DNA of 64,000 bases from Neovahlkampfia damariscottae. Taxonomy: Eukaryota. Position 1 is the first letter of the stretch. Each line of letters starts with the position of its first letter. Shown in pieces: positions 1 to 14,500 of the stretch. The notes under the pieces are model-generated. The model had not been told where the DNA came from and ran no database searches. It saw only the letters and a program-made list of their open reading frames with translations. The position numbers and the translations under genes are program-made. The DNA lies in assembly GCA_016618085.1 (NCBI GenBank), contig JABLTG010000022.1, forward strand, positions 1-64,000, given 5' to 3'.

Positions 1-1391
1 GTTTGTGATGATATCTTTGATAATTGTATGCAAACTGAATGTAATCATTATGTAAGTGAAAAATAATTTTTATTGTTTTTTTCTTGTAAAAAGTACTGTC
101 AAGAATGTCTTGATAAAACATTAAAAACAACTGGAGGTATTTTAATTTTATTAAAATATAGGTTTTTGTTTATATGATAGAAGTATAATTGATAAAAACG
201 AATGCAAAAGAAATATTCAAGTTAATCAAGTTATAGAAAAACAAGAAATGAAATGTGGAAATGAAAATTGTCAATGGACAGGAAATTTCTTTGAATATAA
301 ATTAAAACACAAAAATACTTGTGAATTTGAAAAAGTTAATTGTGAAAATGACAGAAATGGTTGCTTCCAAAAAATACCAAAAAATAAAATTGAAGAACAT
401 CAACAGGTTTGTGAATTTAGAAAAATTAGTTGTGGATTCTGTAAAAAGAATGAAATTACATTCAATGAAATGAAAAATCATCACGATTTTTATTGTGAAG
501 GAAATACAATTGAATGTCCAAATAAATGTGAGAATTTAGTAATTTTCAAAAATGTAAAAACTCATTTGACAGAAGGTAAACCTCATATTTTTTCCATTTA
601 TTTAAAGAATGTCCACTCGAAAGTATTGATTGTCCGATGGGATGCAAAGAAAAAATTAAAAGAAAAGATACAAAACAACATTATGAATCTTCATTGAATC
701 AACATTTTCTATTGGCGATTTCACAAATTGAAAACTTAAAAAAAAATCATCAAAATGAGCTCTCTGATATGGAAATTAAGTTCAATAATTTAAAGGAATT
801 CGTTAAAAGTGATAATGAAAGGGTTATCCATTCATTGCAGGTCCATATGGAACATTCATCAAAAAACATTTTGGAAACCGAGAAACAAATAGAAGGATTA
901 AAAAATGAAGATAAATTCCTACAAAATGAAATGTTTAAATTGGGAAAAGGTTTGAGATGGAAAATCAACAAGAATTTAGTTCAAAAATCATCATTCAAAA
1001 AATCCATATCATCTCCTCCGTTTATTGTGCATGGGATTAGATGGTACTGTCAATTATTCCCAAAGGGACAAAACAAAGAAGGAAATTTTGATATTTTTTT
1101 GCTCACTGTTGATCAACCAAAAAAAGATACTTTTTTTGAAGTGATGTACAAATTCTCTTTGAAAAATTTTAAAAATTCTCAAAGTCTTTCTCTTCAAAGT
1201 GAAGGTGAGAAATCTTTTTTATTAAAATATTCACAGAGTTTAGAAACACATTTCATTCGCAACAGTATGGTTATGGGACATACCTTGGTTCGTTTGATGA
1301 GATTTTGAAAGAAGAATCATTCATTTTTGATGATTTTTATGAAATTCAAATTCAAATCTTAAAAGTAGAAATGTTGGTTTATTCAAAATAA
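1..1391 (+). CDS. TRAF-type protein (RING, TRAF zinc fingers, coiled coil, MATH domain); 5' end outside window; multi-exon
   Basis: Spliced RING remnant VCDDIFDNCMQTECNH..YCQEC at 1-110; repeated TRAF zinc fingers in ORF 248-697; MATH signature SPPFIVHGIRWYCQLFPKG in ORF 637-1308; last exon stops at TAA 1389-1391. Confidence 0.85.
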
Positions 1392-1466
1392 AAGTTTTGA
1401 TGATTATTTGAAAAATATTCTCCGTCAAAGTAACTTTTGATTGGATCTATTCCCAACGAATCAAAA

Positions 1467-2165
1467 ATGTCAGATTCTTCTTCAGAAGATGAAGAAGAAA
1501 TGACCTCTGAAGAATTTTTAAAAAAAAACCAAATTTATTATCCTTCAAATCCAACATTATCAACTGCTTCAATTTTTAAATTCAAAAATATTTTTGTATT
1601 TGAAACTCTGTTTATTTTCAATGAACACTTTTTTCAAAGTGAAAAAAGAGTTTTAAATAAAACAAAAAAACTACCAAAAAACAAAGGAATTATTAGATTA
1701 ATTGATTTTAATCTGTCAAAAACTGTCGATTCAACTTTTATTATTTCGAGAATTCTTGAAGTGGATGATAATATCCCATTTTCAATTGACAAATTAAAAT
1801 ATTTGGGCATCTTTGATATTTTTTCGTTAATAATACAAATCTGTCGCTCTTTGTTGTTTTGTAATTTAAGAAATTTGTATTTAATTGCCTCAATTGAAGA
1901 ATCATTTTTAATCAGTCCTGATTTTAAAAAAGTGAAATTAATATCATCACAACTGGAAGAAGGAAATATTTTTACAGATATTAATCCTGAAAATCAATTA
2001 AATTCATTGTATCAATTTGTATTAAAATTTGAAAAATTTGATAAGATGAAAAAAGTAACAGAAATGAAATTACGATTAAATGAAATTATTGTTTTTCTAT
2101 TTAGTGACATAACCTATATAAAATCAAGTAATACTCATTTTAGTGATGTTATTTTCATTTTTTAA
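1467..2165 (+). CDS. Hypothetical protein with degenerate kinase-like fold (possible pseudokinase)
   Basis: LIIQICRSLLFCNLRNL resembles kinase helix E and SFLISPDFKKVKLIS resembles strands 7-8, but HRD and DFG are absent; 3' end uncertain. Confidence 0.4.
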   Translation: MSDSSSEDEEEMTSEEFLKKNQIYYPSNPTLSTASIFKFKNIFVFETLFIFNEHFFQSEKRVLNKTKKLPKNKGIIRLIDFNLSKTVDSTFIISRILEVDDNIPFSIDKLKYLGIFDIFSLIIQICRSLLFCNLRNLYLIASIEESFLISPDFKKVKLISSQLEEGNIFTDINPENQLNSLYQFVLKFEKFDKMKKVTEMKLRLNEIIVFLFSDITYIKSSNTHFSDVIFIF

Positions 2166-2319
2166 ATTGAAAACGTCAATTGAATCAATTTTATATCTTG
2201 AATTATATCTGTTTCCAAAGAATAAAACTAAAAATAAATTTATTTCCGTGGTGGAATCTTTTTCGGAATTTAAGCGCTGAATCTCATCCACCAATCAAAC
2301 CGTTTTGAAAAAAGCACCA

Positions 2320-4544
2320 ATGAAACAAAACACAAAACTGGTAAACGAAATTTTTGAAGTTCATTATTTTTTAGATTTTAAGAGCCATTAAACCACTCTT
2401 AAATTTTCCAAATTTCTTAAAATATGCAAAAAGACAGTATTCAACAAATTTATACGTTCTTGAAGAAAGAGCAAATACTCAACCAAATGATGCTTACAAA
2501 CAAGAAATGTATTTAGAAGTAAGTCTAAATTGATAAATTAAACCATAGGCATTGAACAATTCAAATCAACCACAAGAAGTTATTCGTCGTTATTTGAATG
2601 AAGATTTTGCAAAAAATGAAAAAACAAAAGAAGAATACCTTAAAGCACTTTTGAAAATATCTGAATTTTCAATTGATTCTCAAAATGTTTCTTCCATACC
2701 AAAAGCTCAAAAATATAACTCAAAACCAAATTTTCAACAAGAAGAGTCTCAAAATTTTTATCAACAACAACAACCAAATCAATTTTATCAACAACAACAA
2801 GATTTTCAAAATTATCAACAACAGCAACAAAGACAATATGAATCAGTTGGTGGGCATAACTTTCAACATAATTCACCACAAAATCCGATTTTTGTTCAAA
2901 GTACAAGTGTTGAATCATTTTTTTCAAAAGTTATGAGAGTTCTATCCATAACTGTGACAGTAGCAGTTGTTTATATACTTTACAATTCATATAAAGGAGT
3001 GACTGGTCAAGCAAATTCAAAAGGTGGAGGAGCATTTGGACAACTTTTAAACCTTGAAGAACCAAAACCTGTTTTTGAAACTGGAAAGAAATTCTCAGAT
3101 GTTAAAGGAATAGAAGAATGTGTTGAAGAAATTCAAGAAATTGCTGATTTTTTAAAAGAACCTGAAAAATATCAAAGATTAGGTGGTAAATTGCCAAAAG
3201 GTGTTTTATTACATGGTCCTCCTGGTACAGGAAAGACTTTATTGGCTAAAGCTATTGCTGGTGAAGCTGGTGTTCCATTTTTCTTTTCAAGTGGATCAGA
3301 ATTTGAAGAAATGTTTGTAGGAGTTGGAGCAAGACGTATTAAAGCTTTATTTGCAGCAGCTAGAAAACACTCACCTTGTATTATTTTCATTGATGAAATA
3401 GACTCCATTGGAGGAAAAAGAAATGCAAGAGATAGTCAACATGCAAGACAATCATTGAATCAAGTAAAAAAAAAAAAAAAAAAAAAATTTATAATTTCTT
3501 TCTTAGTTATTAGCTGAAATGGATGGGTTCAAAGAACATGAAAATCCTATTGTTGTTATAGGAGCTACAAATTTTATGGATAGTTTAGATTCTGCTTTAC
3601 TCAGAGCTGGAAGATTAGATAAAAAGATTGAAGTTCCACCTCCAACAGTAAAAGGAAGAAAAGAAATTTTAAACCTCTACTTACAAAAATCAAAAATTTC
3701 ATCCGGTAAGATCAATTTAAAATTAAAAAAAAAAAAAAGACTTGAATGTTGATAAAATTTCAAGATTGACTTCTGGCTTCACAGGTGCTGATTTAGAAAA
3801 TTTAGTCAATTTGGCTTCTGTAAACGCTTCAAAAAAAAATAAAACCCAAATTGATATGGGCGATATGGATTATGCATTTGACAGAGTTGTTATCGGTTTA
3901 GAAAATCAATCATTAAATAGTATCTTATCTGAAAAAGAAAAAATGAAAACAGCTGTTCATGAGTGTGGACATGCTATTATAAGGTACCTTCAAAATGAAA
4001 AAGCACTTCACAAGTTAACCATCATTCCAAGAGGAAAAACACTTGGAGTTGCTTATTATATTCCTTCTGAATCAAGTGAATACATTGGCAATAGAGAAGG
4101 TTATTTACAAACAATAGATCAAGCTTTAGGTGGAATGGCTGCTGAAGAAGTGTTTTATGGAAAAGATAAAACAACATCTGGAGGTAAAAAAAAATGTTTT
4201 TGTTTATTTTTTTAGTGTCAAGTGATTTACAATCAGCAACTCAAACAGCTCGTCTTATGGTAACAAGATTTGGTATGTCGGATTTAGGTGCTGTTGATTT
4301 TGGTTCAAATTATGAAAATTTAAGTTCAGAAATGAAACATGCAATTGATTGTGAGATACAAAAAATTATTAAAAAGCGTTATGAAATAACTAAAGAAAAA
4401 ATTGTTAAAAATAAGTATAACATTGAGCAAGTTGCAAAAAATTTGATTGAATTTGAAACTTTATCAGGTCAAGAATTTTCAGATATTATTGCAGGAAAAA
4501 AAATTAGAACTGGACTTTCAAAGTCTTATGTTAAATTTGATTAA
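2320..4544 (+). CDS. YME1: Mitochondrial i-AAA protease (YME1/FtsH family), multi-exon
   Basis: Walker A GPPGTGKT, Walker B IFIDEID, second region of homology ALLRAGRLD, zinc motif HECGH, single TM before the AAA domain; short GT-AG introns join the ORF pieces. Confidence 0.92.
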
Positions 4545-4586
4545 ATTTTTTTTGTTCTCCAATCAGAATTCTTATTTTTCTCATCA

Positions 4587-5497
4587 ATGTTTGACTCCAT
4601 TTCTCATCATTTGGATGAAGATGAAATTGATAACTTTAAAAAACATTCAAAAAATGAACTAGAAACAATAAAAGAAGAAAAAGAAAACAACAATCAAAAA
4701 GAAAAAATATTAACCACAGATGAAATTGAAATTATAACTAATCATCCCAATTCACAACCTTTAAGTAATTCACATTTCAAAATTAAACTATTTTCTATTC
4801 AGATATTCCAGCTACAGAACTGACTTTTATTTTACAAGAGGAAAATCCCATGAGTAGATTCAACATCCAACCAAAAAAAGAGTACTCAAATTTCTTTGAA
4901 AAAAAAATTGAATTGAAAGATTTACCGATGTATCCAACTCCTTTACAAAAGATATTTGTCAATTTGAAGGAAAAGAAAGAGAAGAGAAATACAATTCTCT
5001 CAAAAACTTTTTGTGTAATTTTATATTTTGAAGAATTTTCTCCCATTAAAAAAAGAGATATTTTGATATTAGAAAAAGTTAAAGAATCATTAGAAAATGA
5101 AGAATATCAAGTTGTTGGAGGTTTTTTAATTCCAATTTTTGATTCTAAAAATTGTGATTTGAAAAAACGAATTGAAATGTGTAAAATGATATCAAATGAA
5201 TCATCATGGATTGAAACAGATGAATATTATTCGGAATTGAATGAGTCAAAAGACCAATTGGAAGTTATTCTTCATTTAAAAAATTTGTTTCAAAAATATT
5301 TCCAAAATGAACATGATGAATTGAAGATTATGAACATTAATTTATCATCAGATAGCACATCATCAAATAGTTTATCTGATGGGATTGAATCTGTTATATT
5401 GTACAAAGAAAACATTGATAGAATTTATGGAAACCATTACTTGAAATTTTTGAAAGAATTTGAAAATGAAGAGGTGGATGAAAAAATTGAAAAATAA
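4587..5497 (+). CDS. Protein with degenerate NMN adenylyltransferase-like domain
   Basis: YQVVGGFLIP and KRIEMCKMISNESSWIETDEY resemble the NMNAT fold; the GxFxPxHxxH motif is degenerate (FEEFSPIKKRD). Confidence 0.5.
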
Positions 5498-5579
5498 AAC
5501 ACATTTCAATTGTGGATAAAATTCTGATTGGTCTATTTTCAACTCTCCAACGTTCAACAAAACAACCAAAAACAATTGG

Positions 5580-8500
5580 ATGGCATTGAAAAACATGAAG
5601 TCGATCAACCAAACAAAGAATTTGTTAATAATTCTATTTCTATTCATTTGTTTATGTAAATCTGATATTATTTCGTTTGGTTCAGGCGCAGATGGACGAC
5701 TTGGAGTTGGTTCAAATTCAAATGAACTGTCACCAAAAACTTTGACGTCAATACATTCAGTTTTCTCACAAGAAATCAAAAGAAAAATTATCAAAAAAAT
5801 TTCGTGTGGTGAAACTCATTGTTTAATGTTAAGCGGTAAGTTATTCAATTGTTAAAATATTTCAAGAGGACGGTTTGTTATACTCTTACGGAGGAAATAC
5901 ATATAAACAACTTGGAACAGAAAATACCACCAGTTCCAATAAAATTCAAAAAGTTCACAGTTCATTGTATGGAAATTTGGGAGGAGCAAAAATTATTGAT
6001 ATAGCAACTTCACAATATTCAAATTTAATTCTAACTCATGATAGAAAAGTTTATTGTTGGGGTATTTCTTGTTTCTTTGAAGTTTAATTTTTTTGAAGGA
6101 AAAAATGACCAAAACGAATGTGCTACTGGATCAACTTCAACACCCATAAATGTTACAAATGTGTATAAACAAGCTGATACGGTGCTTGTTTCGAATATAT
6201 ATGGAGCATATGGAGCGAACTTTTATTTTATTCGACAAAATGGTGACACATTTTCCACTGGCGATAATACGTACGGACAAAGATGTGCCACAACATTTGA
6301 TGCAAAGCTAATATCCAAAGTTAATTTTGTGCTTGTTGATACTCCAAAAGTCATTCGTATTTCAGCAGGTAAAAACTATGTTTTGGCTATTCTTTCAGAT
6401 GGTCTTTACGGTTGTGGAAATAATGAAAATGGAGAACTTGGATTCTCTATTGATAGCATTGTTTCAAATTTTCGATCTATGAGTTATAATCGCCCATATC
6501 ATTTTTCAGGAGGACATGATCATACTCTGTTAATGGATTCTGCAGATAATACTCTTAAAGGACTCGGAAAAAATGACAAAGGACAATTGGTAAGTGCATC
6601 ACTTTCTGACTCTTTGACAAGGGAAATGGTGTGACTTCAGGAATTGGAAAAGCAAAGGTCTATACAGTAAACACTGGTAGCATAAGTGGTAAAATTTTGT
6701 TTTCATTTGGTGCAAGATCTCAGTTTTCCTATGCTTATGATTCCAATGGAGGATTTCATACTTGGGGTAACAATGACAAAGGACAACTTGGATTAGGATC
6801 AGGAACAAGTACTTTTGATTCACCTCAATTTGTTTCAATTAACTTCGAAAATTTACCATCCCAATTCAATGGTGCATCTGATGCAATGAGCATACTTTCA
6901 AGTAAATTCAATATTATTTAATTTTTAGCTTGTTCTCCAAGTGGACGTTTTTCTGTTGATTGTTTATGTGATAACATTGATGAGGATGTAATCGTGAGAA
7001 GTTCAAGGGGAAATTGTAATACAACTGGATGTTCAATCTACATGAAGGTTGAATACAGTCCAGATGTACAACAATCCAATGCCACAGTTGATCTTGTATT
7101 GTCAGATTTTGATACCACATACAAACATGTAAATTTGTCGAATACCTATTTTCAACAAACTTATTACCCAAATAAACCTAGGAACTGTAGTCAATATGAA
7201 AGATTAATATCAACAGTAATGGCGAAGTTTCAACTTGCACAAGGAATGGTGGATTTAATAGCAAAACCAAATGAATATGTCGAGCAAAAATGTTCTAAAA
7301 ATGTAATTGATGTTCTTTTTACATTGAGAACATTACCTTGCTTTACTGTTCCTGATTATTGGTTGAAAGATGATTTTATTGATTATGTGAATAATGTTCC
7401 TTTCATAACAGCTGGAGTATCTTTAGTACCTGGTATTAAAGGAAAAGGTTTCAAATTCCACACAAGATATTCAAGAGTAGAATTTTATGCTGGAAGTAAA
7501 TTTAAAAATGAATTTACTATATCATTTTGGGCTCGGACATACAAACTAGACAAGCAAACTATATTTTCATTACAAAATGTGAATTCCACAAATACACAAG
7601 TGGAAGTATCATTTGAACCAAGATTAACACTTTATGTCTATGGAACAAAGTATCAAAGTGCTACAGTTGGTTTTCCTGATACATCTTCAATCCACCATTA
7701 TGCTCTCTCCTATGACAAAGCTGGAAATATCAGATTTTTTTATGATGGAAAAAAAGAAACTCTTTTTGGAACTGCGAATGTTATTTTTCCTAAAAATAGT
7801 CATGTGGTTATTGGTCAAGTTTATGCTCCATATGATGCTTCAAATCAAATATACAAATCTGGTTTCTCATTTTCTGGAATATTGGATGATTTTAAAATAT
7901 TTTCCAAAAGTGTTAATGATAATTTGATTCAAACTTTTGCAAATGATCATGATATTACAAGTATATGGAACTGTCAAGGGAATGGAAATGATGACTTAGC
8001 CTTAAATCATGGTTCTCCGTTGTCTATGAATTATGTAGCTGGCAGATGTTCCTTTGTTGGTTCAATCAATCAGTTTATTTCAATAGATCCAGTATCTTAC
8101 ACAAGATTTCCAGCATCAGAATTTTCAATTTCATTTAAGTATTCCACAACTGCAACAGAAGGGACTTTTTTTTCTTACTCATCATCATCTGATGCAAATG
8201 GGATTTCTTTTGGAATTTTTAGTGGAAAATTCATTGCAAGAATTGGGGCAGCTGTTATTGCCATTCCTGTTTCAAATTATGCTGCTGGATCACTTCAATT
8301 TGTTGCTTTCACGTGGAATGGCTATAGTGGAGAATTTATCATGTACGGCAGTAATCATCTTCCAATTTATGTTCATCCTGCTCCAGTTGGAAAAGGTTAT
8401 ATCCTTCCAAGGGGTGGTGTCTGGTATTTTGGTCAAAATCAAATAAAAATCGCGCATTATTTGGATGACTCAATGAAATTTAGTGGACAATTGGATGAAA

Positions 8501-11500
8501 TTTATTTGTACAATAAAGTGAAAGAATTTGGGAATTGCAATGGAAAATTTGAAAGTGACCCATCAGTTTGCAGTGGCCGAGGAAGTTGTAAAAAAACAAC
8601 TTGTGATTGTAATGATGGATTTTATGGATCGAATTGTGAATTTGAATATTCATGTGCTGGAAAATCTGCAAGTGCTGATGGAACATGTTCTGGAAAAGGG
8701 ACATGCATTGGTCCTGAAAAATGTCTTTGCATTCCTGGCTATATCTCCGGAGATTGTTCCCAGAAAAATCAATTATACTTTTTTGTCAAAGATATGTGCA
8801 CAGAAAACTGCAAAATGAACATGGGATTTTGGCATAGATGTATTCTTTATGATGGACCTTCTTGTTTTTGTGGATATGATAAAGACGGAATCACTATACA
8901 ATGTACATCCACAAATGAAATTGAAAATTTGTAACTCAATTGATTTCGTTCACATTTTTTTAGGAAATTTAAAAATCAAGGTTTATCAGGGACAATCAAA
9001 TCTCTCACAAGTTATACATCTTTGAAATCATTGTAATATTTTATTTTTCTAATTATTTCAAAGGGATTTGTCAGATAACCCTGGAATTACTTTATCAAGT
9101 GAAATTAGATTATTATTGAGCAATAATATTGAAAAGATAAATCTCGATGGAATTCAAGGAAGGTACTCTTCTCTGGTAGCCAGATTTGATTCAGCACCTA
9201 ATAAATTGACTGAATTGAGAATGAGCAATGTCAGTTTATGTGGACCTTATGTTTGGTTTCCAAATATTTCAATATCAACTGATTTTTCAAATATTTGGTG
9301 TAACAAAGAATTGAATACCAATTGCAGTATAATTTCATTCAAATTTAAAAATTTTCCTTAGATGATACAATGGGATTGTTTGATACATATGAAATACTCA
9401 ACGGAAAAGAAGTGGTAAATACAATTGATTTGAAACTATCACCATTTGGATATTGTTTAAGTGGTTCTGTATTTTCACAATCAATAAATTGCTACTCCAA
9501 AGTGAATGATATCATATATGAAACAGCTCCGACAAACATTGATATTTCAAATAATCCATATATCGTGACTTGCAATGCTACTTTCAATACCAACAATAAA
9601 TCTGAAATATATATTGGTTGGAAATTCAACAAAATTCAGATCTCTAAAGAATTGATCGTTTTTAATCTCAATGCGAAGTCTTTCCTTCAGACGAAAGAAT
9701 TTACATATGTATTACCAGGAGAAAATGTCACTGCTTCACTGCTAACAAGCTCCAAGTATCCTTTGGAAGTTCACAAATACTTGTATTGTTATATTGCACC
9801 AACTAAAGGTATTGATTTGAAAATATATCCTGTGATAAGCGTTGGAAAAGAAGATGAATTCAATTGCTCAGTTCCTCAAAGTGACAAAGACAATAATAAT
9901 GGTATAGTTCTTCTACTACTTCTTGGATATTTCAGAAATGAAGGATTCACAAAAGGTGAAAATTTGTACAGTGTTCCAGCTCTAATATATTATTTCAGTA
10001 ACTTTTATTCAGTACTAATTTTTTTTAGATTCAAACACTGGGATTTTACCGTCTCCAGCTATTCTAACAATTGGAATTTCAACACCTGTGACTATTGTAC
10101 CAACTCAGATTTTAATATTTGGATCATATCTGGAAAGAGAGTTAGAGGTTTTGATCAAAGTGAATGATACTTTTCACAATACTCCAAAACCATATCATGT
10201 GGAAAATGGCACAATGTTAATTGAGGCTGTAATAAATTATTACCTGATTAATACTTTTTTTTAGAAAAGTTACACAACAAATCAGAATGGAAAATTTAAT
10301 ATCTGGGGACAAAATGCAGGTTTATTTCAATCACTTTCCAGTGGTTCCATTTTTACAGATTATTCCACTCTATCTGCTGAAATTGGTTACTCCATTAAAT
10401 TTAATTCAACTGGAATTTTTTATGTATGGATTTTTGGAAAATCAGCTGATTCTGCTGGAGTGCATATTGGAATTGATGATAAAGAAATACCATCTGGGAA
10501 ATCTCTTCTGATGAATTCCACTTCAGATTTTAGTTGGACAAATACTTTAGAATCAAAGGAAAGAGCTTTTATAAATATCACATCAACAGGAATTCATTTG
10601 TTAAATGTATGGGTCAGAGATCATGATGTGACTTATCAGAAAATTTTGATCACAAAAGATCAAATTTATGTTCCAGAAGTGAACATTTCACTTGAATACT
10701 CTGTTTCTATTGACGCATTCAAATGGAAAACAACTCTTTCATTAGATCAAGAAGGTGATTATCCTACTTCACTTTGGTATCGCTTGAATCGAACAAGTTT
10801 ACTCTTAAAGATATCAAATGATTTTGACTTAGTTTCTCTGAAACAAATTCAAATTGAAGATTTACACCCAAGAAGCATGAAATATAATACTCCAGTTAAT
10901 GTTACTTTCTATACAAACATTTCAAATTTTGAAAGTAAAAATGTGGAATATTATGTGCGTACAATTCAGGAAGGTGGAGGTGAAGGTTCTTCAATGCTAA
11001 AAAGAAATGGGAGTGAAATGAGTTTACTGGCAGTCCACAATCAACCTGACCAATTCATTCCTTTGAACACATCAATATTGGTGAAACACAAAAATTCAAC
11101 TGAATTTAAGACTCTTTCGGAGAACATTTATCCAATCTACTTGTTTGGTAAGTCATTTTGTTTCTTATGTTTAAAGCTGATGTTACATGGAATCATCATT
11201 ATCCTTTTGTTTCAGCACTTTCAGATAAAACCAATATCAACATTAATGTTACTGGACAATTACCAACAATTTTATATTTTAATGAAATATATTGCGAATA
11301 CAAAACATATGGAGGTGAAATCATGTCATTCACTGCGACTAGGTTCTCTGATGCTGCAAATGATGTAGGATGTACATTGGATATTCCCTCACAGTTTTCT
11401 GCTGTAAATTCAGACTATTTACTGATGGGATTAATGGTGAATGCTTCTTCAATGAAAAATAAGCATAAGTTTTATATTTCAAATAGTGTTATTCACTTTG

Positions 11501-14500
11501 TTTTGAAATGTAAGCATTGATTTTTCTCAAATTTTGTTAGTTCCAATGCCAATATCTCAACCAATATTAATGGATCCAATAGAATTAAATTCAACATTCT
11601 TATTCAATAGCACAGGAAGAATTATTTCAGAAAATGCAGGATTAACATTTTCTCCGTTCTTGGTTGCAAAACAACATGATGCTTTGAAGTATATCCCAAT
11701 TCAAGTGTTTTTTAATCAGACAAATTCTGGATTTGGATTTAAACCAATTGAATATGATCCACCATATCTTCCAATGGAATATTTCATGCAATTTAATTAC
11801 ATTTGGGGTGGAAAAGGATTCAATTACACTTCAGATTCACGTTTCTTATCTGAAAAATTAACCACAGTTTCAGAGATATCATTTGTGAACAATCCAACCC
11901 CTGAAGCAACAAAAATCAAATTTAGTTTTTCCAAGTCTTTAAATCCACTTTTTACCTTTTACTTTTTGGATGACAGAGACGGAACAATTCAATACGTGAA
12001 TTGTTCAGAACCATCAACGGAAGTATATGCAAATTTTAATTCATCAGAGGAAGTTCATTTTGGAGTTTCGTTCAAAGTACAGACAAATATTTCACAAATG
12101 GTTAATATTGTTCCTGTAAAATCTGAATTGTCATTTGCAGGTAAACTATCCATTTAATTTCTAATTTTTTCAGCATTAAAGCTCAGTCCATCATTTTTTT
12201 CAATGGACTCATCTCCAAATTTCATCATTAAACACAACAATTCAAAAAGTTTCATTTTTCCTGAAAAATACAGAAATCATCCATATATCATTTCAATGAT
12301 GCTGCAACATCCAACTGCTGAAAATTTCATTTCATCAGCAAATTGTACGATAAATTCAATTGAATCTACCTGTGGAAATTATTCAATTCCACCTTCATTT
12401 GAAGGAATAAAGTTGTATAAACCTCAATTTTACTTGACAGATTCGAATACAAAAAACACTTTTTTGATGAATTCAACAAGTTCAATTTTGGCTTACCAAA
12501 AAGGATCAGTGATAGATTTTGCTCCATTAGCAAGTTTGAACAGAAGTTATTTCATCAAAATGGAATTTGACAATAATATTTTGAAACATGATACCAATTT
12601 GAATTCCTTATCAAAAGAATACTATTGTCGAGTCAATGGATCAAACATTGAATCTCAAGCAGTTGTTGATGCAACGAAACCAAATATAATTGGATGTGGC
12701 ATTGAATACTTTGGAATTGACGAAATAATTGTTGATATGTATCTCAGAGTTCCTGATATTTCAAATGACTCTGTTCTTTTGAACAAACGTCCAATCACAG
12801 GATATTTTGCAAGTAATTTAACTTCAAATGAACCTTATTTTTTTTTTAGATCAAGGAAACATTTCATTTACCCACACTAATCAAATTCAATTCTTCTATT
12901 CATCCAGAAATACAGATCCAATTTATGTCACATTGAACACTTCAATTCCTTATTCAATTTTAAATAAGGTAAAATGTCATGCTAATATTTCAAATCTCGT
13001 TGATAATAGTCCTGGATATTCTTCAATCACTGAAGTAGTTGAAAATAATAATAATCAAAGTTATGTGTTCAAATGCGTATTTAATGTTCATTCAACAAGA
13101 CCAGGTCTTTCAGAAATTGGATTGCAGTTCACTGATGTCAGAATTCCATTTATGTATTCAGCCAACAGTTTATTCATTACATTTGCTGGTAAGATACTAT
13201 TGTTTAACAATAAATTTCATAGAAAATACAACAATATCTGCAAAAGAACCTGTTGCCAGTATTTTCAATGCAACTATTTCATTGAAGTTGACTACATCTT
13301 TTGAAAATGTGAATTATGGTGATGTGAAATACTATTGCATCTTTGGACCAGAAAATGGAGACGTTAATCAAAATAAGACTTCGGCAAATTTAACAAACTC
13401 AATATTCACTTGTGATTTATATTCAGAGAATATCGTGACTTTTTTGATCTCTGTTTCAATGGAAGTATTTGGAACACAAAGAGTGATTGTCAGAGAACCT
13501 GAACAATTTCGTTTCATGGGTAAGTTTTAAAATTTTATATAACTTCTTCTTAGATGAGTTTTTTCAACCCAATTATGGAATTGAATCAGGAAATGAAACA
13601 GTCATTATCAAAGATTATAAAGGAGTTGTTTCTAATGTGACATACTCAGCTGATCCTTCATTACTTTTTGTTTGTCAAAAACCTGGTTCGGATTTGGTTT
13701 GCACATCACCTTTTGTTGGAGGAAAAGTTGCTTCATTTAAAGCTTACTCACTTAATTTTACTACAACATCTGAACCACTTGGTATTGAATTCATTTTATA
13801 CGAAAAACGTACAATTGTTTCATTATTTCCTTCTGTTATGCCCACCATCACACCAAATTTTGAATTTGTTGTCACATTAAACAAAGCATTCACAATGTTG
13901 CAAGGATCCGTTGTTATTGGACTGGATGATATCAAATTAACTAAATACGAAACAGCTCCCTATTTTCAGCAATCCAATGTTTCAAGTGTGATTTCTTCTT
14001 TAGAAACTGGAAGTTATAAAGTTGCTTTATATTTCAAACATCCTTCAGCTCTCGCAGTTCAGAATCAATTCATTTTCACGCAAACAGAAACAATTGAATT
14101 TGTTGATAATACAGGAACTATTTCTTATTTTAATTCGTCAAATATTCAATATATAAATGAAGAAATCAATGTTACCATTTCCCATTCAAAGAATGTTGCT
14201 GATAGATTTAAAAAATATGTTGTGTGCAAATTAGGTTCATTGGTAGTTCAAACAATCAATGTCACCAATGGATATCAATGTTCTCTGAAAAGTGAAACAG
14301 CTGGATTAGAAAATATAACTCTTTGGTACAAGAACACTGACACAAAAAACAGTGAATTTTTGCTGTCAACAAATTCAATCCCAGTGATTTTTGTAAAGAA
14401 GGTGAATGTCTCCAATATTGATCCTTTTGCATCTGGAATTTCAGATATAGCACAAACGTTTAAAGTGAAAGCTAATTTACAAACTGATCAATTATCAGAT

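Noticed and set aside
2735..2840. CAA-rich repeats as a repeat array
   Set aside because: They encode a low-complexity Gln-rich insert within YME1 and have no repeat-spacer structure
3464..3506. Long A run suggesting a retroposed poly(A) tail or frameshift in YME1
   Set aside because: It lies inside a GT-AG intron whose removal restores [11 protein letters not shown]
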